Of a DNA stretch of 64,000 nucleotides, positions 31,971 through 39,994 are shown piece after piece. The notes under the pieces are model-generated. The model had not been told where the DNA came from and searched no databases. It worked only from the letters and a program-made list of their open reading frames with translations. Made by a program: the position numbers and the translations under genes. The stretch is from an uncultured candidate division Zixibacteria bacterium (GTDB taxonomy: Bacteria; Zixibacteria; MSB-5A5; UBA10806; 4484-95). Each line of letters starts with the position of its first letter. Position 1 is the stretch's first letter. The stretch lies in contig CAXXKA010000006.1 of NCBI GenBank assembly GCA_963668625.2, positions 288,001-352,000 on the forward strand, in the 5' to 3' direction.

Positions 31971-32246
31971 GTGGCAAAAGCGACCGATATACTTAAGAGA
32001 TGGCGGGATTATATTCAGCCACAAGAAGATTTTGATGAAATAGTAAAAGTATTGGAATATTATGGATTTGAAATCAGGCCTGGTAAGGGAAGTCATTGGG
32101 TTGTTAATCATAAAGATTTAGACCGGGAAAAATGCAAAGAATTAGGTGGGAGAAGTGAGTTTACCGTTCCCACAATAAAGGGTCGCAAAGTAATTAAAGT
32201 GTATGTGAAAAGAATACAAAAATATATCGATCTATTGGAGAAATAA
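31971..32246 (+). CDS. hicA: HicA-family mRNase toxin
   Basis: 91-aa basic protein, LEYYGF..GKGSHW catalytic His motif, TVP, VYVK. Confidence 0.8.
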   Translation: MAKATDILKRWRDYIQPQEDFDEIVKVLEYYGFEIRPGKGSHWVVNHKDLDREKCKELGGRSEFTVPTIKGRKVIKVYVKRIQKYIDLLEK

Positions 32247-32774
32247 ATGAGTAGTCAATTAAAAGATTTAGCTAAATACATGGCATATAACTACCCAATA
32301 GAGATACTGAAATTGGATGATAACGATGGCGGAGGTTACATTGCAGAAATCCCTTTTCTGGGCAAGGATGCTTTTACCGGACATGGTGAGACAGTCGAAG
32401 AAGCATTAATAAGCTTGAATGAAATTAAAGAATTTTTATTTGAAGATTATCTTAAAAACGGCATAGAAATTCCTCCTCCGCCAAAAGATGAAAATTATAG
32501 CGGGAAATTCGTTGTTCGTGTACCAAAATATTTACATCGTGCTCTTTCGGATAAAGCCAAAACTGATGGCGTTAGCTTGAATACCCTATGCGTTTCTCTA
32601 TTAAGTCAAGGCTACGGTGTTGATGATATTAAAAAATATTTTGAGACAATGTGTATAGAAATGAGAGGAATAAAATCTAAAATTGAGCAATACGCTTTCT
32701 CTGAAGATCTGATAGAACCGTTTCCTCGCAATGTAGCTTATTTCCCATCAAAGGATTTAAAAAATGCCTCGTAA
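32247..32774 (+). CDS. hicB: HicB-family antitoxin with RHH domain and C-terminal extension
   Basis: GGYIAEIP..GETVEEA..IPPP, YSGKFVVRVPKYLHRAL..GVSLN. Confidence 0.85.
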   Translation: MSSQLKDLAKYMAYNYPIEILKLDDNDGGGYIAEIPFLGKDAFTGHGETVEEALISLNEIKEFLFEDYLKNGIEIPPPPKDENYSGKFVVRVPKYLHRALSDKAKTDGVSLNTLCVSLLSQGYGVDDIKKYFETMCIEMRGIKSKIEQYAFSEDLIEPFPRNVAYFPSKDLKNAS

Positions 32775-33213
32775 CTATGAATATAATATATCACCAGAAG
32801 ATTATCAGGAAATCCTTAAGGATTTAGAAATTCGATCATTATCTCTTGTAGATTTGTCATATAGTTGTTTAAAGGATGAAGTTGAAAAGAATCCCGTAAA
32901 GCTCGATTTAAAAACTGATGCGTCATTAAAAAAGCAAGCGGAAGGCATTGCTACTATTATATATAATTTCACTTTAACAGGTATGATTAAACAGAAATCA
33001 GCATTAAAGATAAGTGGCAAATATTTTGTTGAATTTAATACGGTAAGTGAAGTAACTAAAGAATTTCTGGAAGTATTTAAAGAGTATTCCTTAAGGCTCC
33101 TGATGACACCTTATTTGAGAGATTTATTTTATAATTTATCCATGCGTTCTGATTTACCTGGTATTGTACTCCCGTTAATGAAATTCTTCCCAACCGATAA
33201 AAAACTGGCATAA
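32764..33213 (+). CDS. SecB-like chaperone of a TAC system
   Basis: 149 aa, beta-strand pattern, C-terminal PYLRD...LPGIVLP signature of SecB-like proteins; overlaps the hicB stop. Confidence 0.7.
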   Translation: MPRNYEYNISPEDYQEILKDLEIRSLSLVDLSYSCLKDEVEKNPVKLDLKTDASLKKQAEGIATIIYNFTLTGMIKQKSALKISGKYFVEFNTVSEVTKEFLEVFKEYSLRLLMTPYLRDLFYNLSMRSDLPGIVLPLMKFFPTDKKLA

Positions 33214-33242
33214 AAAAAGCGGAAGTTACCCCTCCGCCTTTT
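33214..33242. terminator. Bidirectional terminator
   Basis: A-run, GCGGA..TCCGC stem, T-run between convergent genes. Confidence 0.6.
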
Positions 33243-33265
33243 GCGCATTGCCCTCCCTGGCGTTG

Positions 33266-33817
33266 CTAGAAATCTAATTTTACATTATCTGTCTTTTCAA
33301 ATAGGTATTGGCCAGCGCCTACGAATATCCTGAAACTGGTTGGCGATAATTGCTCGTATTCCGCGAAATAATCACGCTCGCCATTGGGTTGGAAATATAT
33401 ATCGGTTATCTGGAAATCATACTTACCTTTCTCGGTAATATCACCCTCGATATTGTCATTTATCATTATCCAGTATCGGTTATTGGTAAATTTTGCCATG
33501 GCTATTTTCGTATTGGCGCCTTTGAGTACTCCCAGGTATGTGCCATTGGGCCTTATGGGGTTCTGTGATGCTTTAGGCTCGTACTCCTCGGGCGCTACCA
33601 TTTTCATGACCTGTTTGTAGATATCTTCATCTGTCCCCAACTCTGGAGTGTCTTCCTGCATCAACTTGCTTACCTGTTCCTGTCGCTCGAATATGAATTT
33701 CTTTTGCTGTTCGATTTTAGGCTTAACCTTCTCGTAACCCTTGTCGGTAACATAAGTCCAGGCGAACATCAACAAAGCAAATGTTACCAGCGAGGATAAT
33801 ACTATTCTCATATTCAT
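33266..33817 (-). CDS. Hypothetical membrane-anchored protein
   Basis: 183-aa ORF, N-terminal TM helix, GGAG RBS. Confidence 0.65.
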   Translation of the reverse strand: MNMRIVLSSLVTFALLMFAWTYVTDKGYEKVKPKIEQQKKFIFERQEQVSKLMQEDTPELGTDEDIYKQVMKMVAPEEYEPKASQNPIRPNGTYLGVLKGANTKIAMAKFTNNRYWIMINDNIEGDITEKGKYDFQITDIYFQPNGERDYFAEYEQLSPTSFRIFVGAGQYLFEKTDNVKLDF

Positions 33818-34017
33818 ACGATCTCCTGACTGGTTTCTTTTACTTTGTATCGGTAATTGTCAAATTATTTTTAGGATTATATAGGATTATAAATGTTGGA
33901 TGTATCGAGGTTGACATGATATGAGTTTATAGCGTCCCATTGTTATATTATTCGGATACCGGGGAATATAATTCAATCGTGCGGCATCCAGGCTTCGAAA
34001 ATTAGGAGAGATGGGAA

Positions 34018-35598
34018 TTACATTCGCCTGAATACCGCTATATCGTAGTCATCTAAATCTATGCTCCATTGATCAAGATCGATACTGAACTTTATCGATT
34101 TGCTATTGTCATCGATAAAACCTGATTTAGGAGTAAATCCGTGAACATACTTTGCCAGCAAAGTATTAGTGTAATAATCGTATAATCCTATTTCGCCTTT
34201 ATCGAAACATATACCATAATGAATATCGCTCGAATAATTATTACCGGTTTGCTGTTCGTACTGCCAGCTTGAGTATTTTGGCTCGTGTGTATCATCCAAT
34301 TCTCCAATCAGGAGAATCCCTTTATCGCCTTCGGAGTTCGATTGAGTAATAAAATGGGAAGTCAGCGAATCCTCTATAATAGTGACTGTGAATTCCTCGC
34401 ACAAGTATCTATATTCGGAGTTATGTTTTCCTGATGGTTGATTGACCAAAACACCGCAACTGAGATTTGCTTCAGCGCAGTTATCATAAATGCGCGATAT
34501 ATCCTCCCAGCTTGCGTTGCAGATTTTGCATATTATCTTTTGAATATCTTCCGGCGAAAGGTTTGTAACATAACTTTCATCTCCGGATAGCCGCTGGTAT
34601 ATTTGCCGGAATGTATCGAATCCGTAATTTTCGATGATAGCCTCAACCAACAGCGCGCTTGAGGCATACGCGCCATCCACGCCGACCGAACAGGTGTAGA
34701 AACCGTTTACACTCAGGATACTGTCGATATCGATCAAATCCAGATTGTTCATCGCTGCGCCCCAATATTTTATCACAGCAGGCGATTTGCCCCATCTCCC
34801 GCCGAGACAGCAAGCTAAACCCTCTTGCACCAGGGGCAGTGTAAATAACGGAATTTCCTCTAAAGCGTAGTTTATTAATAGATGAGTTATTTCATGCGGG
34901 TGAGGCAGGTGACGGGTTATGATAGCATCGAAAGGAAAGCTGGTCATCCCGTGCGCGTCATGGCCGGTAAGTAATTTCATCTGATCTTGGTCGCACAGGT
35001 AATATTCGATCTTTCTTTCCGCCAAATATTCCATTTTTTCATCGGATATATCGAAAACCTCAGCCAGAGAATCGGTGTAATTATCAATAGCCTCGATGGC
35101 ATAGCTGTTTATCAGAGTGGAATCGGAGAAGATGATTTTGTAATACTGGGATTCTATAGTGTACCAACCTTTGGTAAAAAGATAGAGCGGCGAGCACAAC
35201 CGCCATCGTCCGTTTTCCTTCGTCAAGTAATAATTACTAACGATGGAATCACCATTAGAACAGATAGTGCTAATTGAGCCATGTGCAGTAACCGAATCTA
35301 ATATATCGGAGCTTATACGATGGTTCCATGAGTCGGTCGATAGATATTTCTTACCATATACATGCGGCGAGGCACAATCTATTTTTAAACTAACTCCCTC
35401 AAATGTTATCCCCAGGCTCTTAGATCTGGCAATATCGGTTTCTACCCATACGGATTCAGGAGGCATAATCTGGTTATCATGTAAAGCAATAAGATATCGA
35501 TGCAATAAATCATCAGGGGAGTTTTGAGCTATGGTTGGAGTGCTTGAAGATGCCAGTGTAATAAATATTGATATAATGACGTTTTTTAATATCTTCAT
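34018..35598 (-). CDS. Secreted protein with gluzincin-like HExxH...E motif
   Basis: Signal peptide; HEITH followed by QEGLA. Confidence 0.55.
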   Translation of the reverse strand: MKILKNVIISIFITLASSSTPTIAQNSPDDLLHRYLIALHDNQIMPPESVWVETDIARSKSLGITFEGVSLKIDCASPHVYGKKYLSTDSWNHRISSDILDSVTAHGSISTICSNGDSIVSNYYLTKENGRWRLCSPLYLFTKGWYTIESQYYKIIFSDSTLINSYAIEAIDNYTDSLAEVFDISDEKMEYLAERKIEYYLCDQDQMKLLTGHDAHGMTSFPFDAIITRHLPHPHEITHLLINYALEEIPLFTLPLVQEGLACCLGGRWGKSPAVIKYWGAAMNNLDLIDIDSILSVNGFYTCSVGVDGAYASSALLVEAIIENYGFDTFRQIYQRLSGDESYVTNLSPEDIQKIICKICNASWEDISRIYDNCAEANLSCGVLVNQPSGKHNSEYRYLCEEFTVTIIEDSLTSHFITQSNSEGDKGILLIGELDDTHEPKYSSWQYEQQTGNNYSSDIHYGICFDKGEIGLYDYYTNTLLAKYVHGFTPKSGFIDDNSKSIKFSIDLDQWSIDLDDYDIAVFRRM

Positions 35599-35745
35599 TT
35601 AATTAACGATTGCCATAAATATAATATCATTATATCTTTTTTACCGGCTTTGATAAATTTGGTTCCCACCGTTTCGCCACTATGTTCGGAACCGGTTATA
35701 ATAATCAAACGTTGTTTTTAAAGCCACTGACAGTGAGGAGATAAT

Positions 35746-36660
35746 ATGCGTGTCGAAAATATACTTGATGCAATCGGCAGAACGCCGCTGGTAAAACTTA
35801 ATCGACTGGTCAAACCCGGTTCAGCCTCGGTCTGGGGAAAGCTCGAAAGTATGAATCCCGGACATTCGGTAAAAGATCGTATTGCTTTTTCCATGGTCAA
35901 AACCGCCGAGGACAATGGCACATTAAAACCGGGTATGACAATAGTCGAACCGACCTCAGGCAACACTGGTATCGGCCTGGCTATGGTGGGAGCGGCTAAA
36001 GGCTATAAGGTGATTTTGACCATGCCGGAAACCGCCTCTGTCGAACGCCGCAACCTCATGAAACTGCTCGGAGCGGAACTCATATTGACTCCGGGGAATG
36101 ATGGTATGAAAGGCGCGATTGCCAGAGCCGAGCAACTGGTAAACGAGCACGGTTATTTTCAGCCGATGCAGTTTTCCAATCCGGCTAATCCCGAAATTCA
36201 CCGCCTGACGACCGCCAAGGAGATTATCCAGGATTTGGACGAGCTCAATCTCGATGCTTTCGTGGCCGGGGTCGGTACGGGAGGCACGATAAGCGGCTGC
36301 GGTGAGGTTCTAAAAGGCGTGTATAGCTGCAAGGTTTATGCTGTCGAGCCGGCGGATTCGCCGGTGCTTTCGGGCGGGCAGCCGGGTAAACATCCCATAC
36401 AGGGCATAGGCGCCGGTTTCATACCCGAAAATTATAATGAAAGCTTCGTTGATGATATTATCCCGATAGATAAAGATGATGCCATAAAAACCGCTCGTGA
36501 GCTTGCCCGTAAAGAGGGCATTCTTGCCGGTATATCAGCGGGGGCAAATGTCCGGGCCGCTCTGCAGGTGGCGGATAAACTGGGCGAGGGCAGTAACGTT
36601 GTCACCATCATTTGCGATACCGGCGAACGCTACTTATCCACAGCCTTAATCGAAAATTGA
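35746..36660 (+). CDS. cysK: Cysteine synthase A
   Basis: NPGHSVKDR PLP lysine, EPTSGNTG, GVGTGGT, IQGIGAG, DTGERYLS. Confidence 0.95.
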   Translation: MRVENILDAIGRTPLVKLNRLVKPGSASVWGKLESMNPGHSVKDRIAFSMVKTAEDNGTLKPGMTIVEPTSGNTGIGLAMVGAAKGYKVILTMPETASVERRNLMKLLGAELILTPGNDGMKGAIARAEQLVNEHGYFQPMQFSNPANPEIHRLTTAKEIIQDLDELNLDAFVAGVGTGGTISGCGEVLKGVYSCKVYAVEPADSPVLSGGQPGKHPIQGIGAGFIPENYNESFVDDIIPIDKDDAIKTARELARKEGILAGISAGANVRAALQVADKLGEGSNVVTIICDTGERYLSTALIEN

Positions 36661-36699
36661 GGTTAACCAAAAACTACATTAACCGATCTATTTACAAGT

Positions 36700-37281
36700 A
36701 TGTTTAAGATTTATGATGATATCAAAGCGATCTATAAGAATGATCCCGCCGCGCAAAATATAGAATTTCTGCTGTATCCGAGTTTTCATGCGATTTTCTT
36801 TCATCGCTTCATTCACTGGATGTGGAAAACTCATGTGCCGTTTTTCCCGCGCTTGTTCTCGCAGTTAACACGATTTTTTACCGGCCTGGAAATTCATCCC
36901 GGGGCAACTATCGGCCGCGGCTTTTTCGTGGACCATGGCGCCGGTGTGGTTATCGGCGAGACAACGATTATCGGCGATAACTGTGTGCTTTTTCATAATG
37001 TGACATTGGGCGGAACCGGGAAACATCAGGGCAAAAGACACCCTACTATAGGAAATAAAGTTCTGATTGGCACCGGCGCTACATTATTGGGGCCGCTAAC
37101 GGTCGGAGATAATGTCAAAATCGGCGCCGGCAGTTTCATATTCATGCATGATGTTCCCGACAACTGCACTGTTGCCGGAGCGCCCGCGCGCATAGTCAAA
37201 CGGAATGGCAAGCGTGTCGATCAGCCGTTGCCGGAGACCAAAGTTGACCGGGCTCAGTTCGAGAATAACTCGGAACATTAA
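36700..37281 (+). CDS. cysE: Serine O-acetyltransferase
   Basis: EIHPGA, FVDHGAGVVIGET, TLGGTG..RHPT hexapeptide repeats. Confidence 0.93.
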   Translation: MFKIYDDIKAIYKNDPAAQNIEFLLYPSFHAIFFHRFIHWMWKTHVPFFPRLFSQLTRFFTGLEIHPGATIGRGFFVDHGAGVVIGETTIIGDNCVLFHNVTLGGTGKHQGKRHPTIGNKVLIGTGATLLGPLTVGDNVKIGAGSFIFMHDVPDNCTVAGAPARIVKRNGKRVDQPLPETKVDRAQFENNSEH

Positions 37282-37429
37282 TCGAAGTCATTGTAAATAT
37301 GTATATTCATCAGTTTTGAGGGAACGATATCATCGGGATATTCTCTCGATTATTAAAGTCTCTTGACAAATCAATCGATTCAATAATACAAAACGGTTAA
37401 TTAAAAATAATTAGCGAAATGTATTTATC

Positions 37430-38515
37430 ATGACATACGACCGCTCTAAACCATATAACGATTTACCGCTCCTGCCACCGAGGGCCGAGATCGAAACGAA
37501 AGCCGTTCTCAAAAAGTGTATTGATGCCAACAAGGCCCTGGCCGAGTTGAAAGGCGCCGGCGATTTGATACCCAACCAGGCGATTTTGATTAACGCTATC
37601 CCTCTTCAAGAGGCGAAAATGAGTTCGGAGATCGAGAATATCGTGACCACCCAGGATGAACTATTCCGGGCGGCTATGGGGGATTCCTCCAGCGTTAACC
37701 CGGCCACTAAAGAGGTTGTCCGCTACAGAACCGCCTTGCGCTATGGTTTCGAGCAGGTTATGACCGGTGAACTGACCATGGAACTGTTGGTGAAACTCTG
37801 CGGGATTATCCGTAACGAGGAGGACATGACCATCCGCAATAACGAGGCGATTATCATACAGAACAGCGCTACCGGCGAGACTATATACACACCTCCACGA
37901 GGATTCGAGATCATACAATCGAAACTTCAGAACCTGGTTGAGTTTTTGGCTATGCAAGATCAACTCGATCCGTTGACCAAAATGGCAGTATCGCATTATC
38001 AATTCGAGGCAATTCACCCGTTTGAGGACGGCAATGGCCGAACCGGGAGAATCCTCAATATATTGTATCTTCTACAAGAAAAGATGTTGAACCTGCCTGT
38101 TCTGTACTTGAGTCGATTTATAATAGAGAATAAACAGGATTATTATAAGAAAATCCGGGCCGTAACCGAATCGGGGCAATGGGAGGACTGGATACTATAT
38201 ATATTGTCAGGTGTCGAACAAACCGCAAAGTGGACAACTGGCCGAATTAACGCCATTCGAGAGTTATTCGAGGCCACGGTCGAATATTGCCGTCAGTACT
38301 TGCCTTCTAATGTCTATTCCAAAGAGTTGATTGAACTTATATATGCCCAACCATATTGTAAAATCAAGTTCCTGGTAGATAAAGGCATAGCCAAACGCCA
38401 GGCGGCCTCGGAATACCTCAAGGAATTCGAGAAAATCGGCGTATTGAAAGGCGAAAAAAGGGGGCGAGAGGTTATCTATAAGTATCCCAAGCTGTTAGAG
38501 GTTTTGAACAAGTAA
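37430..38515 (+). CDS. fic: Fic-family adenylyltransferase (class II, SoFic-like, C-terminal HTH)
   Basis: HPFEDGNGRTGR catalytic motif, SSEIEN inhibitory motif, PYNDLPLLPP N-terminus. Confidence 0.92.
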   Translation: MTYDRSKPYNDLPLLPPRAEIETKAVLKKCIDANKALAELKGAGDLIPNQAILINAIPLQEAKMSSEIENIVTTQDELFRAAMGDSSSVNPATKEVVRYRTALRYGFEQVMTGELTMELLVKLCGIIRNEEDMTIRNNEAIIIQNSATGETIYTPPRGFEIIQSKLQNLVEFLAMQDQLDPLTKMAVSHYQFEAIHPFEDGNGRTGRILNILYLLQEKMLNLPVLYLSRFIIENKQDYYKKIRAVTESGQWEDWILYILSGVEQTAKWTTGRINAIRELFEATVEYCRQYLPSNVYSKELIELIYAQPYCKIKFLVDKGIAKRQAASEYLKEFEKIGVLKGEKRGREVIYKYPKLLEVLNK

Positions 38516-38525
38516 TAAATTTGCC

Positions 38526-38731
38526 ATCGACATATATTTGTAATATGTCGATATTTTGAGTAATTATCGACATGTTATAGCGATATACCATTTCATCGAC
38601 ATGTTTTTGAGATATGTCGATAAAACTTCCACAGATCGACATATCTTGTAGAAATATACATTTCATCGACATATTTATATGACATGTCTATATATATATT
38701 CTTAATCGACATGATTTCATAATGTGTCGAA
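38526..38731. repeat. About 70-bp-period array of ATCGACAT motifs and ATCGACAT-N11-ATGTCGAT palindromes
   Basis: ATCGACAT at 38526, 38566, 38595, 38635, 38665, 38705; inverted copies at 38545, 38614, 38684 (1 mismatch), 38724 (2 mismatches). Confidence 0.8.
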
Positions 38732-38796
38732 AAAGAAGTGTGATATTCTTTTATCACTTTACCGAATATACATTTGAATGTATTTTCATTTTCTAT

Positions 38797-38840
38797 GCGG
38801 GAGTAGCTCAGTTGGTAGAGCACCCATCTGGGTTGTCGTG
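38797..38840 (+). pseudogene. tRNA-Gly 5' fragment, copy 1 (anticodon arm replaced)
   Basis: 26 nt identical to tRNA-Gly start, then CCCATCTGGG, then TTGTCGTG. Confidence 0.8.
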
Positions 38841-38857
38841 GACAATACTTAACTTGT

Positions 38858-39145
38858 ATGTTATATTATACTTACGTTTTATATAGTCTAAAAGATGGTA
38901 AATTATATATAGGCTCTACCTCAGATATTCTCAGGCGTATATCCGACCATAATCGAGGCAAGGTGAAATCTACCCGATACAGAGTGCCTTTTAATCTAGT
39001 GCATTATGAATCATTTGACTCTAAATCCGCATCACTAGCTAGAGAGCGAGAGTTAAAAAGTATCAAGATGCGTGATTTTAAGCGGGAACTGCGCAGTCAG
39101 GGCAAATTCGGTCAATTTTTATCACTTGACGATTTAACTAATTAA
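38858..39145 (+). CDS. Small GIY-YIG nuclease (UPF0213/SLX1-like), copy 1
   Basis: YTYVL..LYIGST..RR..HN.G..ST....P..LV.YE......A...E..LK. Confidence 0.9.
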   Translation: MLYYTYVLYSLKDGKLYIGSTSDILRRISDHNRGKVKSTRYRVPFNLVHYESFDSKSASLARERELKSIKMRDFKRELRSQGKFGQFLSLDDLTN

Positions 39146-39164
39146 GTGTATTTTTATTTTCTAT

Positions 39165-39208
39165 GCGGTAGTAGCTCAGTTGGTAGAGCACCCATCTGGG
39201 TTGTCGTG
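39165..39208 (+). pseudogene. tRNA-Gly 5' fragment, copy 2
   Basis: GCGGTAGTAGCTCAGTTGGTAGAGCA (one G>T change), then CCCATCTGGGTTGTCGTG. Confidence 0.8.
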
Positions 39209-39225
39209 GACAATACTTAACTTGT

Positions 39226-39513
39226 ATGTTATATTATACTTACGTTTTATATAGTCTAAAAGATGGTAAATTATATATAGGCTCTACCTCAGATATTCTC
39301 AGGCGTATATCCGACCATAATCGAGGCAAGGTGAAATCTACCCGATACAGAGTGCCTTTAAATCTAGTGTATTATGAATCATTTGACTCTAAATCCGCAT
39401 CACTAAATAGAGAGCGAGAGTTAAAAAGTATCAAGATGCGTGATTTTAAGCGGGAACTGCGCAGTCAGGGCAAATTCGGTCAATTTTTATCACTTGACGA
39501 TTTAACTAATTAA
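39226..39513 (+). CDS. Small GIY-YIG nuclease, copy 2
   Basis: As copy 1 with F>L, H>Y and A>N changes. Confidence 0.9.
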   Translation: MLYYTYVLYSLKDGKLYIGSTSDILRRISDHNRGKVKSTRYRVPLNLVYYESFDSKSASLNRERELKSIKMRDFKRELRSQGKFGQFLSLDDLTN

Positions 39514-39532
39514 GTGTATTTTCATTTTCTAT

Positions 39533-39576
39533 GCGGGAGTAGCTCAGTTGGTAGAGCACCCATCTGGGTTGTCGCG
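39533..39576 (+). pseudogene. tRNA-Gly 5' fragment, copy 3
   Basis: 26 nt identical, then CCCATCTGGG, then TTGTCGCG as in the intact tRNA. Confidence 0.8.
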
Positions 39577-39593
39577 GACAATACTTAACTTGT

Positions 39594-39893
39594 ATGTTAT
39601 ATTATACTTATGTTTTATATAGTCTAAAAGATGGTAAATTATATATAGGCTCTACCTCAGATATTCTCAGGCGTATATCCGATCATAATCGAGGCAAGGT
39701 AAAATCTACCCGATACAGAGTGCCTTTTAATCTAGTGCATTATGAATCATTTGACTCAAAATCCGCATCACTAGCTAGAGAGCGAGAGAGTAAGCAAGAG
39801 TTAAAAAGTATCAAGATGCGTGATTTTAAGCGGGAACTGCGCAGTCAGGGCAAATTCGGTCAATTTTTATCACTTGACGATTTAACTAATTAA
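39594..39893 (+). CDS. Small GIY-YIG nuclease, copy 3 (in-frame 4-aa insertion SKQE)
   Basis: As copy 1 plus a 12-nt insertion and several synonymous changes. Confidence 0.9.
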   Translation: MLYYTYVLYSLKDGKLYIGSTSDILRRISDHNRGKVKSTRYRVPFNLVHYESFDSKSASLARERESKQELKSIKMRDFKRELRSQGKFGQFLSLDDLTN

Positions 39894-39902
39894 GTGTATT
39901 TT
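39874..39902 (+). promoter_or_regulatory. sigma70-like promoter for tRNA-Gly embedded in the GIY-YIG 3' end (repeated in each unit)
   Basis: TTGACG-N17-TATTTT ending 10 nt before the tRNA 5' end. Confidence 0.6.
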
Positions 39903-39912
39903 TATTTTCTAT

Positions 39913-39985
39913 GCGGGAGTAGCTCAGTTGGTAGAGCAGTAGCCTTCCAAGCTACTTGTCGCGAGTTCGAACCTCGTCTCCCGCT
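39913..39985 (+). tRNA. tRNA-Gly(TCC)
   Basis: GCGGGAG/CTCCCGC acceptor, GTAGC-CTTCCAA-GCTAC anticodon arm, TTCGAAC T-loop; no CCA. Confidence 0.96.
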
Positions 39986-39994
39986 TTGTTATCC

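Larger units (their letters stand above)
38797..39912 (+). repeat. Three tandem units (368, 368, 380 bp) of tRNA-Gly 5' fragment + GIY-YIG ORF + promoter
   Basis: Units start at 38797, 39165, 39533; the fourth period (39913) is the intact tRNA. Confidence 0.95.

Noticed and set aside
38472-38823. Short minus-strand ORFs over the ATCGACAT array
   Set aside because: No recognisable motif or RBS; the palindromic DNA pattern explains the region better
38526-39985. CRISPR array
   Set aside because: The short motifs are 8 bp in both orientations and the long units are whole genes; no repeat-spacer pattern, no cas genes
38797-39985. Group I intron with homing endonuclease in tRNA-Gly
   Set aside because: Only about 35 nt of non-coding sequence precede the ORF, leaving no room for a ribozyme core, and the tRNA 5' end is duplicated rather than split
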